In this document: positions 38,520-48,803 of the stretch, in pieces | Numbering within the stretch: position 1 is the stretch's first letter | Layout of the letters: every line of letters starts with the position of its first letter | Source: Lepidodermella squamata | Taxonomy: Eukaryota > Animalia > Gastrotricha | Reading direction: 5' to 3' | DNA: 64,000 nt | Assembly (NCBI GenBank): GCA_047495785.1 | Contig: JBLDXI010000021.1 | Coordinates: 1,302,001-1,366,000 of the forward strand | The notes under the pieces: model-generated | Database searches by the model: none | What the model was told of the DNA's origin: nothing | What the model saw: only the letters and a program-made list of their open reading frames with translations | Translations under genes and position numbers: made by a program

Positions 38520-39450
38520 ATGCCTTACAAATCAGAAGCCGAGGTTGGTTATTTTTTATGTTCGATTTCGCAATTTTTCTTATAAATTTTTTAGTTGGAG
38601 GAGTTGCGGAAAAACCTCTACGACACCGTGTGGCCTCTGGTCGGCGACATTGAGAATAAAAACTGGAAGCTGAAAGCTGGCACTGATCGCGAAACGACCG
38701 GCCTCGTGTACAAAAGCCATCACGAGACCTTGGGAACCCAATGGAAGGTCGAGGTACATAATTTTCCTGAATTTTGATAGCTTTTTGTAACATTATTTTG
38801 TCAATGTGACAGGCCGTTTTGGACATATCACCTGGGCAATACTTCGAAACTATATTGATGAAGCCTGAAATGACCGATTGGATACCGAATTTAGCCGATT
38901 ACAAGGTGATCGAGCGGAGTCCGAACAGAGACTGGGAGGTGACGTATTCCCACGCGTCAAAAATGGGACCGATTTCAGCCAGGTACCATTTTTGAAAACA
39001 TTGTTCTGATTCTACAGTTCGCCCTTCCAGAGATTTTGTAAATATCAATTTCTACAAGACCCTCGAAGGAGGCCAACAGCTGGGTATAATCGCGGAAACT
39101 GAACATCCTGACATGCCGGATAAATCAAGCGAAGGAATAGTTCGGTTTGTATTTCCTTAAATTATGTGAAATAAGGCTATTTATACGCTGTTTTAGCGGC
39201 CAATATTTACCATCGGCTAATTACCTTGTGCCACTGGAAGGGAATCCGAACAAGTGTACTTTTTACTGGCTAAATAATGTCGATCTCAAGGCATGAAGTT
39301 TCAAATCTGATTACCAACTTATTGAATTTTTACCAAATAATTTAGGGATATTTACCGAGACAACTGATCAACCTGGCAATGAGCAGCGTCATGCTCGATT
39401 TCGCTGCAGCTCTGATTGGCAAAGCCAAGAAAATCAACTCGGCGAATTGA
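38520..39450 (+). CDS. START-domain protein, paralog 8 (5 introns, last one GC-AG)
   Basis: MPYKSEAE|LEELRK..., GPISAR|DFVNINF, IVR|GQYLPSA, NNVDLK|GYLPRQLIN...NSAN*. Confidence 0.88.
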
Positions 39451-39805
39451 TATATCAAAGCCTGGAAGTAAACCACTGCCATATCCTTTTAATTTCAACC
39501 TTGCCAGTGCCAATTTAAACAAGCTCCAGTGAAACCGTGTGACAATGATTAGCTAGACATTTTTGTAAAGTAGAATTAGGCTTTTATTAATGGCTTGATA
39601 TTGTCCATCCAGCGGGAACAGTTTTTCGGAAATGAGGTCGATAATAGCTCAATGTAGATGAATTATGAATTCATGGCCACATTGAATAGAACATTCACAG
39701 TGCGTAATCTTCTCTAAAGCGGTGACCTGTATATATATATGAATAAATTTGTAAGAGAATCGCAAACCGTCTTGTCAATCAGGTTTATATACTTTCCATT
39801 CTGAA

Positions 39806-40733
39806 ATGGCTTTCAAATCAGACGCTGAGGTTCGATCAATCTTTCAAATTGAGAACTCCAAATTATTTTCTTTAAAGTTGGCAGATATTCGAAACAGCCT
39901 GTATGAAATTATTTGGCCGTTGGCTAGCGATACAGAAAATAAAACTCATTGGTCTCACAAATCTGGCAGCAACCGCGAGAAGACGGGAATCGCGTATAAG
40001 GGACATCACGATAAGATCGGCACGACTTGGAAAATTGAGGTGGGTGATGTTTGTATTTCAAGGGCTGAGGTTTGATCGTTATAATTTTCAAGGTAATTAT
40101 CGATATCACTCCGAAACAATTTTTCGAGAAAATTATCCTTGCCAATGACATGTCGTGGGTGCCGAATCTCAAGCAATACAGCGTAGTCGATAGGGGAGCG
40201 AAGAATGATTGGGCAGTTATTTACAATTTCACGTCAAATATTGGCCCGGTTTCAGCCAGGTAATTCCAGGTAATTTACAATTTGAGCTGAAAAATGGTCT
40301 ATTCACAGGGATTTCGTGAACATTAATTTCCACTATCCTGATATTGGAGAGGGCTCCTGTTTGATAACAACAATCGGAATCGAACATCCCAACGCACCTC
40401 CAGTAGCTAAAAACGTGGTCAGGTTCGAGTCTTAAAATCCCATTCATTTTTTAATTTAAGGCAATTATATTGAAGAGGCCAGTATCTGCCATCGGCTTGT
40501 TACTTGAGGCCACACCCCGAAGATCCTAAGCGATCAGTCCTTCATTGGATAAGTAATGTCGATATGAAAGTAAGTTTGTTGTACAAGTTATTGTTGAGAC
40601 TTTACCGGCATGATTTCCCTATAAACAGGGCCTTATACCTAAAAGCGTTGTAAATCTCGCGATATCGACTTTCATGTTGGAGTTTGGGGAGGCTATTATA
40701 GCCAAAGCTAAGCAAATGTCGGCCGAACAGTAA
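39806..40733 (+). CDS. START-domain protein, paralog 9 (5 introns)
   Basis: MAFKSDAE|LADIRN..., GPVSAR|DFVNINF, VVR|GQYLPSA, SNVDMK|GLIPKSVVN...AEQ*. Confidence 0.88.
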
Positions 40734-41175
40734 CAGCGGGAAAAACTATAAATGCGCTTTTCAATTCAAGAACTATTCCCTTGTCGCTTTTGAAATCGAA
40801 AATAATGAACCATTAATGAACCTTTGCTGTTGTGCCTTCTATATTTTCCTTGTCCATATTGTAAATAAAAAATAAACCCTTTCTGGTTCGACGTGAGAAT
40901 AAAATTGGTCGAATCATGGTTAAACTCTTTGGAAAACATATATTTTATGAATGCTGTTAAAAAAAGTACTATTGTTAATGTAAAAGGCGGCCATCATTCA
41001 GAAATAATTCATGAATTGTCGGCTTCGCGCGGTCAAAAAATGACATCGTAGAATGCCAATTTTTGACCGTCCATTGCGGCTGTATAAAAAAGCCGAGATC
41101 AGAAGAAGGACCTCGCAGTTTCATCTCGGTTTTTCAGAGAAATCCACCAATTTTAAACAGAACCAAGCACTAGCC

Positions 41176-42105
41176 ATGGCTTTCAAATCATCCCAAGAGG
41201 TAAATTTTTCACGCGATAAGATGAGTGTAAGTGTAATCTCCATATGTCTAGCTTGCTAATATCAGAGACAATTTGATGCAAGTAATCTGGCCGCTGGTGA
41301 CCGACTTCGAGAACAGAACGTTTTGGTCGAGAAAAGACGGCAAGGACGTTGAAACGACTGGCATTGTTTACAGCGGCGATCACGAAAAATTAGGAACAAT
41401 TTGGAAAACGGAGGTAAAAATCTTCGAATATTCTTAAGTTCTAGAGTCAGCAAAAGAGTTTTTAAGGTTGTCATCGATGTCTCGCCTGATCAGTTTTTTC
41501 AAAGTGTCTATCTTGCAAATGATATGAGCTGGATTCCGAACACAAGCAACAGGGTTGAAATCGATAGGAGCCCTGAGAATGATTGGAATGTTACCTATTT
41601 CTGCTCGCCGGCTCTCAATGCAGTATCAGGCAGGTAAGACTTTTCCGTCAATTCGTGTAGCTAGTTTCTATGCTTGCAAATTTGCCAGAGATTTTGTCAA
41701 CGTCAATTTTTTCTACCCACCGATGAACGACGGTGCAAGGCTCGTGACTACAGTTGCTATCGAACATCCAAAAGCTCCGCCTGTCACGAAGGATTTAGTT
41801 AGGTTCGGCCGGATTTTCATACTTTTTATATCCTTCTTAGTTCTTGAATTTCAGAGGCGAGTATAGGCCATCTGCTTGCTTCATAAGGCCGTATCCTAGT
41901 GACCCGAGACGTAGCCTTTTGAGTTGGATAAGTAATGTTGACCTCAAGGTACCAGTGACCTCACCAACATCGTGAAAGTAGCTTAAAGATTGTTTTTCAG
42001 GGAATTATTCCGAAATTCATGGTGAATATGTCGCTTTCCAGCTTCATGCTCGAGTTTGGAGAGGCAGCTATTAAAAAGTCGAGGCAAATCGCATCAGGGC
42101 GATAG
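41176..42105 (+). CDS. START-domain protein, paralog 10 (5 introns)
   Basis: MAFKSSQE|LANIRD..., AVSGR|DFVNVNF, LVR|GEYRPSA, SNVDLK|GIIPKFMVN...SGR*. Confidence 0.88.
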
Positions 42106-42202
42106 AAATTGAGAAGCTAATCAACTTCGATTCTTAAATCGACTCCTCAGACCATGCTTCAGTTCCTGATGATTTCAGGATATATGCTTGATGTAAAACG
42201 AG

Positions 42203-42519
42203 TACCGTGACGCGCCCAAAATTTGGACACCCCAAATTTGGACACTTTGAGCTTTAGCCCCAAATGTCAATTTGTGCATAACTGATAAAAATGTAAAAAT
42301 TTCACTGAAAAATAGCTCCCTTCATGGGCTTTCCAACGGTTCCAAATTTGCCAGACTTTCATGTACTATCGATTTGCGAAAAATCGCCGATGCTCGATCA
42401 CTCAGAAAGGTGTTTTGGGACCCCCCTGCCAAACGCTCACCAATGAACGGTTGGGGCTGAAATTTTTTTGCACATAGGGATTTACTAAACTAAATTCTGT
42501 AAAATTTCCCGTTACGGTA
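42203..42519. mobile_element. Small MITE-like element (Tc1/pogo-type ends)
   Basis: Ends TACCGTGACG...AAAATTT and AAAATTTCCCGTTACGGTA are inverted repeats. Internal direct repeat AAATTTGGACAC x2. Confidence 0.5.
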
Positions 42520-43180
42520 CTTAAATATATTTATTTACACTTCCCACAATTCCCGTGAATAAAACTAAAGGCGACAGAGTGTTCACAACTTTCAATAAAA
42601 ATTTGGCATCCACTTTTGATTCTTAACTATTCAGAAAGTATTGACAATAAAATCCTGACAGGGCTGATTTTCTAGGCGGTGTTCCTAATCGCAAATATTT
42701 CCTGATAAGAAGAAGCCGATGAGTGAAATCTTCGTCATTTTTTTCATTTCAGGGACATTTTTTCCAAATTTAACTCCTATTTTTATCGATTTAGGCCCCT
42801 TTCCCTGGTGTAGACAGTGCTCCCTTTGATATCTCCTTCATTTATTGTTTTATTGAGTTCTTGACAAGCGGAAAACTGCTAGCGCGAACCAGGAAATGAA
42901 AAACTAGTGACGAATCATGTCGGCATGCATAAACATACTAGTTTCAGAGATATCTCCTTCTTATTCATCTATGAAAACCAAAATTACTATAAACGGATTT
43001 TAGAGACGAATTAAAATATAAAATTCGTGTTTTTTATACAATAAATCCTGTTCTATACAGCGCCTCTATATATATCATTTAGTTTTAATTCAGGCGTAGA
43101 CAGCCTATCCATGCGCATCGAATGCACTGCAGTCAGCTTTCACCGTATCAGTTTGCCGAATAAAAACCAGCTCAACACTA

Positions 43181-45452
43181 ATGAAAACATTCATCTGTCT
43201 CATTTTCCACATTTTGATCTCCTGTGAGAGATCGCTGTCGTCGGATGTCTATTGCCCAAGCTTCGTTCATGCTCATCGCAAATCCCTAACCACTAATATC
43301 ACCTGCGTGATTGCAGATGATACGGATACGCAGGTGAAACTCGACAAGGTTCGGTGGTACACATCAGCAGATCCAGCAGATCAGCACTTTTCGCTCGCCC
43401 CTGGGTCTACTTACGGCAAATATTCCTTCAGCTTAATGCAACTGAACGAATCTGCTATCGAAGCGAAATTGACTATTGAAGGAACGCTTCAGCCCTCGGA
43501 CTATACAAACTACTACCTTTCAGCGATTATACCTGGGAAAGGCCTTGTGACCTCTAAAATCACTCTAACAGAGAGGGGCCAAGGAATAGCGAAGTTTGAG
43601 TGGTGGGATTATGTGATATTCGCCCTCATTCTAGTTATTTCATCGGCAATCGGAGTTTACTATGGATTTTTCGGTAACAAGCAGAACAGCCAGGCGGAAT
43701 ACATGTTAGGCGGCCGTCAAATGGGCTGGGTGCCTGTATCCCTAAGCCTGTTAGCCAGCTTTTGCTCTGCTATCACAGTTCTAGGCACCCCTAGCGAGAC
43801 TTACACCTTTGGAACACAATACTCGATGATTTCATTTGCCTACCTCTTCATGGCTGCTGCTGCGGCTCACGTCTTCCTGCCAATTTTCTACAACCTTAAA
43901 ATCACAAGTGCTTACGAGTACTTGGAAATGAGATTCTCGAAGCCTGTTCGCCTTATTGGCGCCGTTATTTTTGTTATTCAAATGGTGCTTTACATGTCTA
44001 TGGTGATTTACGCGCCCAGTTTGGCTCTGGAAGCTGTCCTTGGGTTAAATTTCTGGTTTTCAGCCTTAACAACTGCTGCGGTATGCATTTTCTACACATC
44101 GCTGGGCGGCATGAAGGCGACAATGTGGACAGATGCTTTTCAAGTGATAATGATGTATGTGGGTGAGTTTCGATCCGCTGGAGACAAGTTTTTAACCTCA
44201 ATCTTCGTGTCTTTTTCCAAGGTTTCTCCGCAATCCTGATTCAGGGTTGTATTAGAGAGGGCGGGTTCGGCAAAGCTTGGGAACGAGCTGCCGAGAGAGG
44301 TCGAATACAGTTTTTTAACATGGACCCGGATCCTCGAATTCGGCACTCGTTTTGGACGGTCACCGTCGGCGCAACATTCACTTGGGCCTATACGTACGGC
44401 GTAAATCAGACCCAGGTTCAAAGAGGACTTTCAACGCGGTCGTTGCGAGATGCGAAAATTGCTTATTGGCTTAACATCCCTGGGCTGATTTTGATGCTTA
44501 TACTTCCGGTTATGATTGGAGTTGTAGTATTTTCCCACTATCGGGATTGCGACCCAGTAAAAGCTGGTAGGTTTCTTCCTCTTTTTCCTCCATTCCTATT
44601 CTTCGCTATTCGAAAGGTTTAATTACGAAACGAGACCAGCTGCTGATTTACTATGTTACCGATGTTGTAGCCGAGGATTTGCCCGGAATTCCCGGCCTGT
44701 TCATCGCTACATTGTTCTCAGCCGCTCTATCGACGATTTCATCGGGAATTAACGGCTTAGCAGCAGTTACTTGTCGCGATTTTGGCGTCGAGACCCTCCT
44801 GAGGTCGAAGGGTTACTCTGAAGGTCGAATTACGTGGATTGCCAAAGTCATTTCAGCCCTTTACGGCGCGTTATGTATACTGCTAATTTTCCCTATCCAA
44901 TACCTACCAGGACTTCTGGACTCAGCGCTCGGGCTATTTGGAGCCTTAGGTGGTCCGCTATTAGGAATTTACATTTGCGGAGTCTTTGTGCCCTGGATCA
45001 ACAAATTCGGAGCCTTAGCCGGCCTTTTGTCATCACTAGCAATCACTATATGGATGACCCTCAGTGAAAAGATGTCCCCGAATGTCCCATCCGCTCAACG
45101 ATTGCCATCAGTGTCAACGCTCGGATGCGAGAATGCGATTTTGCCTAAGCCGATTATTCCGAAATTTTACCCCGAAAGGCCGCTTGATTTCAACAGGCTG
45201 GATGGAATTGAAAATTTTTATGCAATTTCTTATTTTTATTTGTCAATTATTGGCATTGTCATCTCGGTCGTTGTTGGCCTGGCCGTTAGTGCTGTTACTG
45301 GCTGGAAAAAATTGGAGGATTTTCACGACCCGCGACTACTGCACCCAAGCGTTTACCAACTTAATTCTTTCTTTTTCAAATCAAAGCGCAGCAATTTTGT
45401 GGGACAGAATTGTGAATTTATCGAAAAAGATCAGGAAACTCGACATCTTTAA
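43181..45452 (+). CDS. SLC5 sodium:solute symporter (SMVT/SMCT/NIS-like) with an N-terminal signal peptide and Ig-like domain
   Basis: SLC5 motifs WDYVIF..IGVYYG, YMLGGRQM, SLSLLASFCSAITVLGTPSE, SAYEYLEMRF, YTSLGGMKATMWTDAFQ, DPDPRIRHSFW, YGVNQTQVQR, PGLFIATLFSAALSTISSGIN. Introns ~44163-44221 and ~44567-44617. Confidence 0.93.
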
Positions 45453-46011
45453 ATCTATTAAAATAAAGAAATTTGTCGCGTTTTTACTGGATTTTGAAGT
45501 AGAATATCTATTAGAAGAATAGTGGAAGAATAAGAGATGGAAGAGAAGGAGGAGGAAGAAAAGCCGAAATTTATTCTCAGATGACGAAAGATATAGAGCA
45601 TCTATAATACAACCGGTGCACTTATTGATCCGCGCATCGTAAAAGCGAGGTTTATTCAGTGCAGTTTTTACGAGACCTGTGAGACTACGGCAAAATTACA
45701 TGTGAAAAATTACTATGCGTAATATATGAATGTAGCCTTTGTGTATACGTACATCGCAGTACCAGAATGACATTTTGAAAATGCTTTCACGCAGTGATAT
45801 AATACCTATACCATTTCACGGTGGCGTTGAATATAAATCCCGCTTACGTTTATTATAAAGCGCTGAATGTTCTGCGCAGAGATTCTAGTCCTACTGTCCC
45901 GGCCTGATAATAGAGTCATCCTACATAATGATCCTGTGGTTGCTTTGCCTGAATAGCACATTCTCGTTATTTTTAAGGTGTAGTAATACACCGCCGTCGG
46001 CGCCGAGTAAA

Positions 46012-46433
46012 ATGTAAGTGCAAGTTTCTTATATAAATATACTAGTAAAAGCTTCTTCTTAATCACAGGGGAGCAAATATGGTCAACTATCAACAGCTTC
46101 AGGACATGATGAAACACGGGAAAACTGTCATTGTTGATGTCCGCGAGCCCCATGAACTCGTCACAGATGGCAAAATTCCGAACTCAATTCATCTACCTCG
46201 TAAATTAACTGGGAATATTACTGATACTTAATTAATCAATTTTTCAACTATCAGTGGCTGAAATTGGGCATTTCGCATCGAAAATTCCATGCGAAAAAAC
46301 CGATAACATCGTGTTATACTGCCGATCGGGAGCACGGGCTGGTGATGCTGCTTCAACGTTGAAAGACATGGGCTACTCTAAGGTCTATGTTTTCCCGGGT
46401 GGCGTTCGGGAGTGGATGGCCAATCAAAAATAG
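46012..46433 (+). CDS. Single-domain rhodanese/sulfurtransferase, copy 1
   Basis: IVDVREPHE, GKIPNSIHLP, active-site loop LYCRSGARA, FPGGVREW; missed by the ORF track because of two introns. Confidence 0.88.
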
Positions 46434-46853
46434 CTGCTTACGACACATCAATAAAGAAACCCTGTGAAAGCTGGATTTTATGCTTTTTTTATATGCTGAT
46501 TTCATGCAATTTTGCGATTTTTTGGAATAAAATTGATTCGAGATATGAAATTATCTTACTGCTAAATATAGGCTGTAGACAAGTCTTATCAATTCCTCTC
46601 TTTCATAGTAACGCTGTAGCGGCCAATTTATTATGTGGGAATAGGTTATAGGAACTATAGTTAGGATTTTTTCCTATTCTTCATTTTTTGCTTCCATTGA
46701 TGACCAGCTATTAGAAGAAAAAATAAGAACGTTCCATCACACGTTTCATGCCCAATAGGTCAAAACTGAGAAATTTATTCACTTTATTTTCCCCCAGGCT
46801 GTAAGGCAATTTTTACCCCTTATTTTATCGCCAGCGAATTCCTATAAACTGAA

Positions 46854-47277
46854 ATGTGAGATTTTATTATTTGATAATATTATATTTAAGCTCAACGAGG
46901 GTAATTTTTATAGGGCCTCGAACCATGTGAATTATCAACAGATCAAGAACCTCATGGAATCAGGTAAAACAGTGATCGTCGACGTCCGCGAAGCTTCTGA
47001 ACTCGTTACCGATGGCAAAATTCCAATCAGCGTCCATCTACCCCGTGATTTTTAGATGAATCTTTATTTATTCATAATTAATTTCTAATATAATGCAGTT
47101 GGTGAAGTCGGCGATTTCCCCTCCCGTGTTGACAGCTCCAAAACTGATAATGTTGTGTTATACTGCCGATCTGGAAACCGGGCGGGTAAAGCTGCAGTTG
47201 TGCTCAAGGAGCTGGGTTATACGAATGTTTTCGTCTTCCCTGGCGGTGTCAAAGAATGGATGGCCAATGAAAAGTAA
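46854..47277 (+). CDS. Single-domain rhodanese/sulfurtransferase, copy 2
   Basis: IVDVREASE, GKIP.SVHLP, LYCRSGNRA, FPGGVKEW; same intron positions as copy 1. Confidence 0.88.
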
Positions 47278-47382
47278 AGACCTTACATCACCGTTGAAAT
47301 ATTCTCTCGAATTATCGATAAATGAGGCAAGAAACAATTTAAAATGAGGATTTATTTCTGTTAAAGCTAATAAATGATCCAA

Positions 47383-48268
47383 TTAATCTTGAAATTTATC
47401 ACGCGGAGTGTTGAACGGCGAATTAGCAGAAAGGACCGAAAGACGCGACTTTGCTCTATTGGAACTGCCTGAAGGAAGAGACCGAATTTGAACAGCGCCG
47501 CCATTATTGCTTGCTGATGAGGCCAAAGAGCGCTGTTGGCCTCCTGATTGTAGCGATTTCCCGGATGTCGCCGACCTTTTCCAAGACAGATTTTTCGAAA
47601 TTGGCTGGTCCTTTGTGGACTCGAGCGTGGCTTTTAAGAAAGCTTGCGCTTCCTCGTACGGGAAATTTACCGGGTCTTTATGCCGCATTTTGAAGTATTG
47701 CATCGCTTTTCGTTCTGTTTCGACAGCTGAAAATAGGAAAAAATTATTCATTCAACTTCTCTACAATAAAGTTAGCGAAGATTAAGCTAGAAAATGTGTT
47801 AAAGAAAAATAAGGTTCAGAGATTTAGGCTTCAGGAGAAGTTCAAGCTTTCAGTTTGCCAACCTCGCAGAATTCTTTGATTATTCAACACAACCTCTTCC
47901 TCCAGTCTCGCTAAATAAGCCTGAGCTTCAGCCGCCTTTTCAGCTCGGGTTTTTACATAAAGATGGGGGAAAACTAATACAGCCAATTTTTGGGCGTTAA
48001 ATGGGATTATTTTTCCGACAAAAGCTCACGAAAATTTACCTAGAATGACATCTTCGCGGTTAATGTCCTTTGTCTTGTCGGGTGGGGGTGGCTTCATTTT
48101 CGCCTTAGCCAAGTTGACGCTGACAACTATGTCATCAAGCAGCGCTCTTCTGGCCACTTGTCGTTCTCTGGAACTCGCGCCAACACTGGAGCTGAAGTCA
48201 TCAGGGGCTACGGACTGTATATCAAATTTGCGCTCGGCTTTCCAAGGCCTAGGCCTGACACGATCCAT
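47383..48268 (-). CDS. Uncharacterised three-exon protein
   Basis: ORFs 48026-48268 and 47383-47751 are joined in frame by a middle exon (VFPHLYVKTRAEKAAEAQAYLARLEEEVVLNNQRILR) with canonical splice sites; no recognised domain. Confidence 0.55.
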
Positions 48269-48803
48269 GTTTTAGAAGCAGCCGGAAGTATACTGGCTCA
48301 ATTTGAAGCTACGTAGTCGAAAGAGATGCTTTACGTATGCATATTGCGGCGAACAGACCACCTACCATCGATGTCAATCTCATGGCAACAAAAATCGTTA
48401 ATAATTATCGGAAAAATCGCACTGCACCAACCACTCCGTTATTTCGATCTATTTTTTTTCCCGTTTATTGTTTTATTTTCAAATCTCAAGGTAACTGCGG
48501 TTCGTTTTTTCACAACCCTCGCGGGATTATGGAAAATTGAGGTGTCTAAACTTTTGTTCGAATTCCGGTACTTCATTATTCAAGAAAACATCAAGGGTTT
48601 TTTATATAGTGTGGAATCCATTCATGAAGAAAATTTCTTTCAGCTACCTGAATCATGGACAATTTTAAACAAATCTATTGATATTATGATGAATGCCAGC
48701 GGTTCGCATGGATGCAATAAAATAGATAAAAAAGTTTTTATTCGCAAATTTGTGTGTAAAATAATTATGACTTGCACTTGATTTCTATTTTGTTTGATAA
48801 ACG

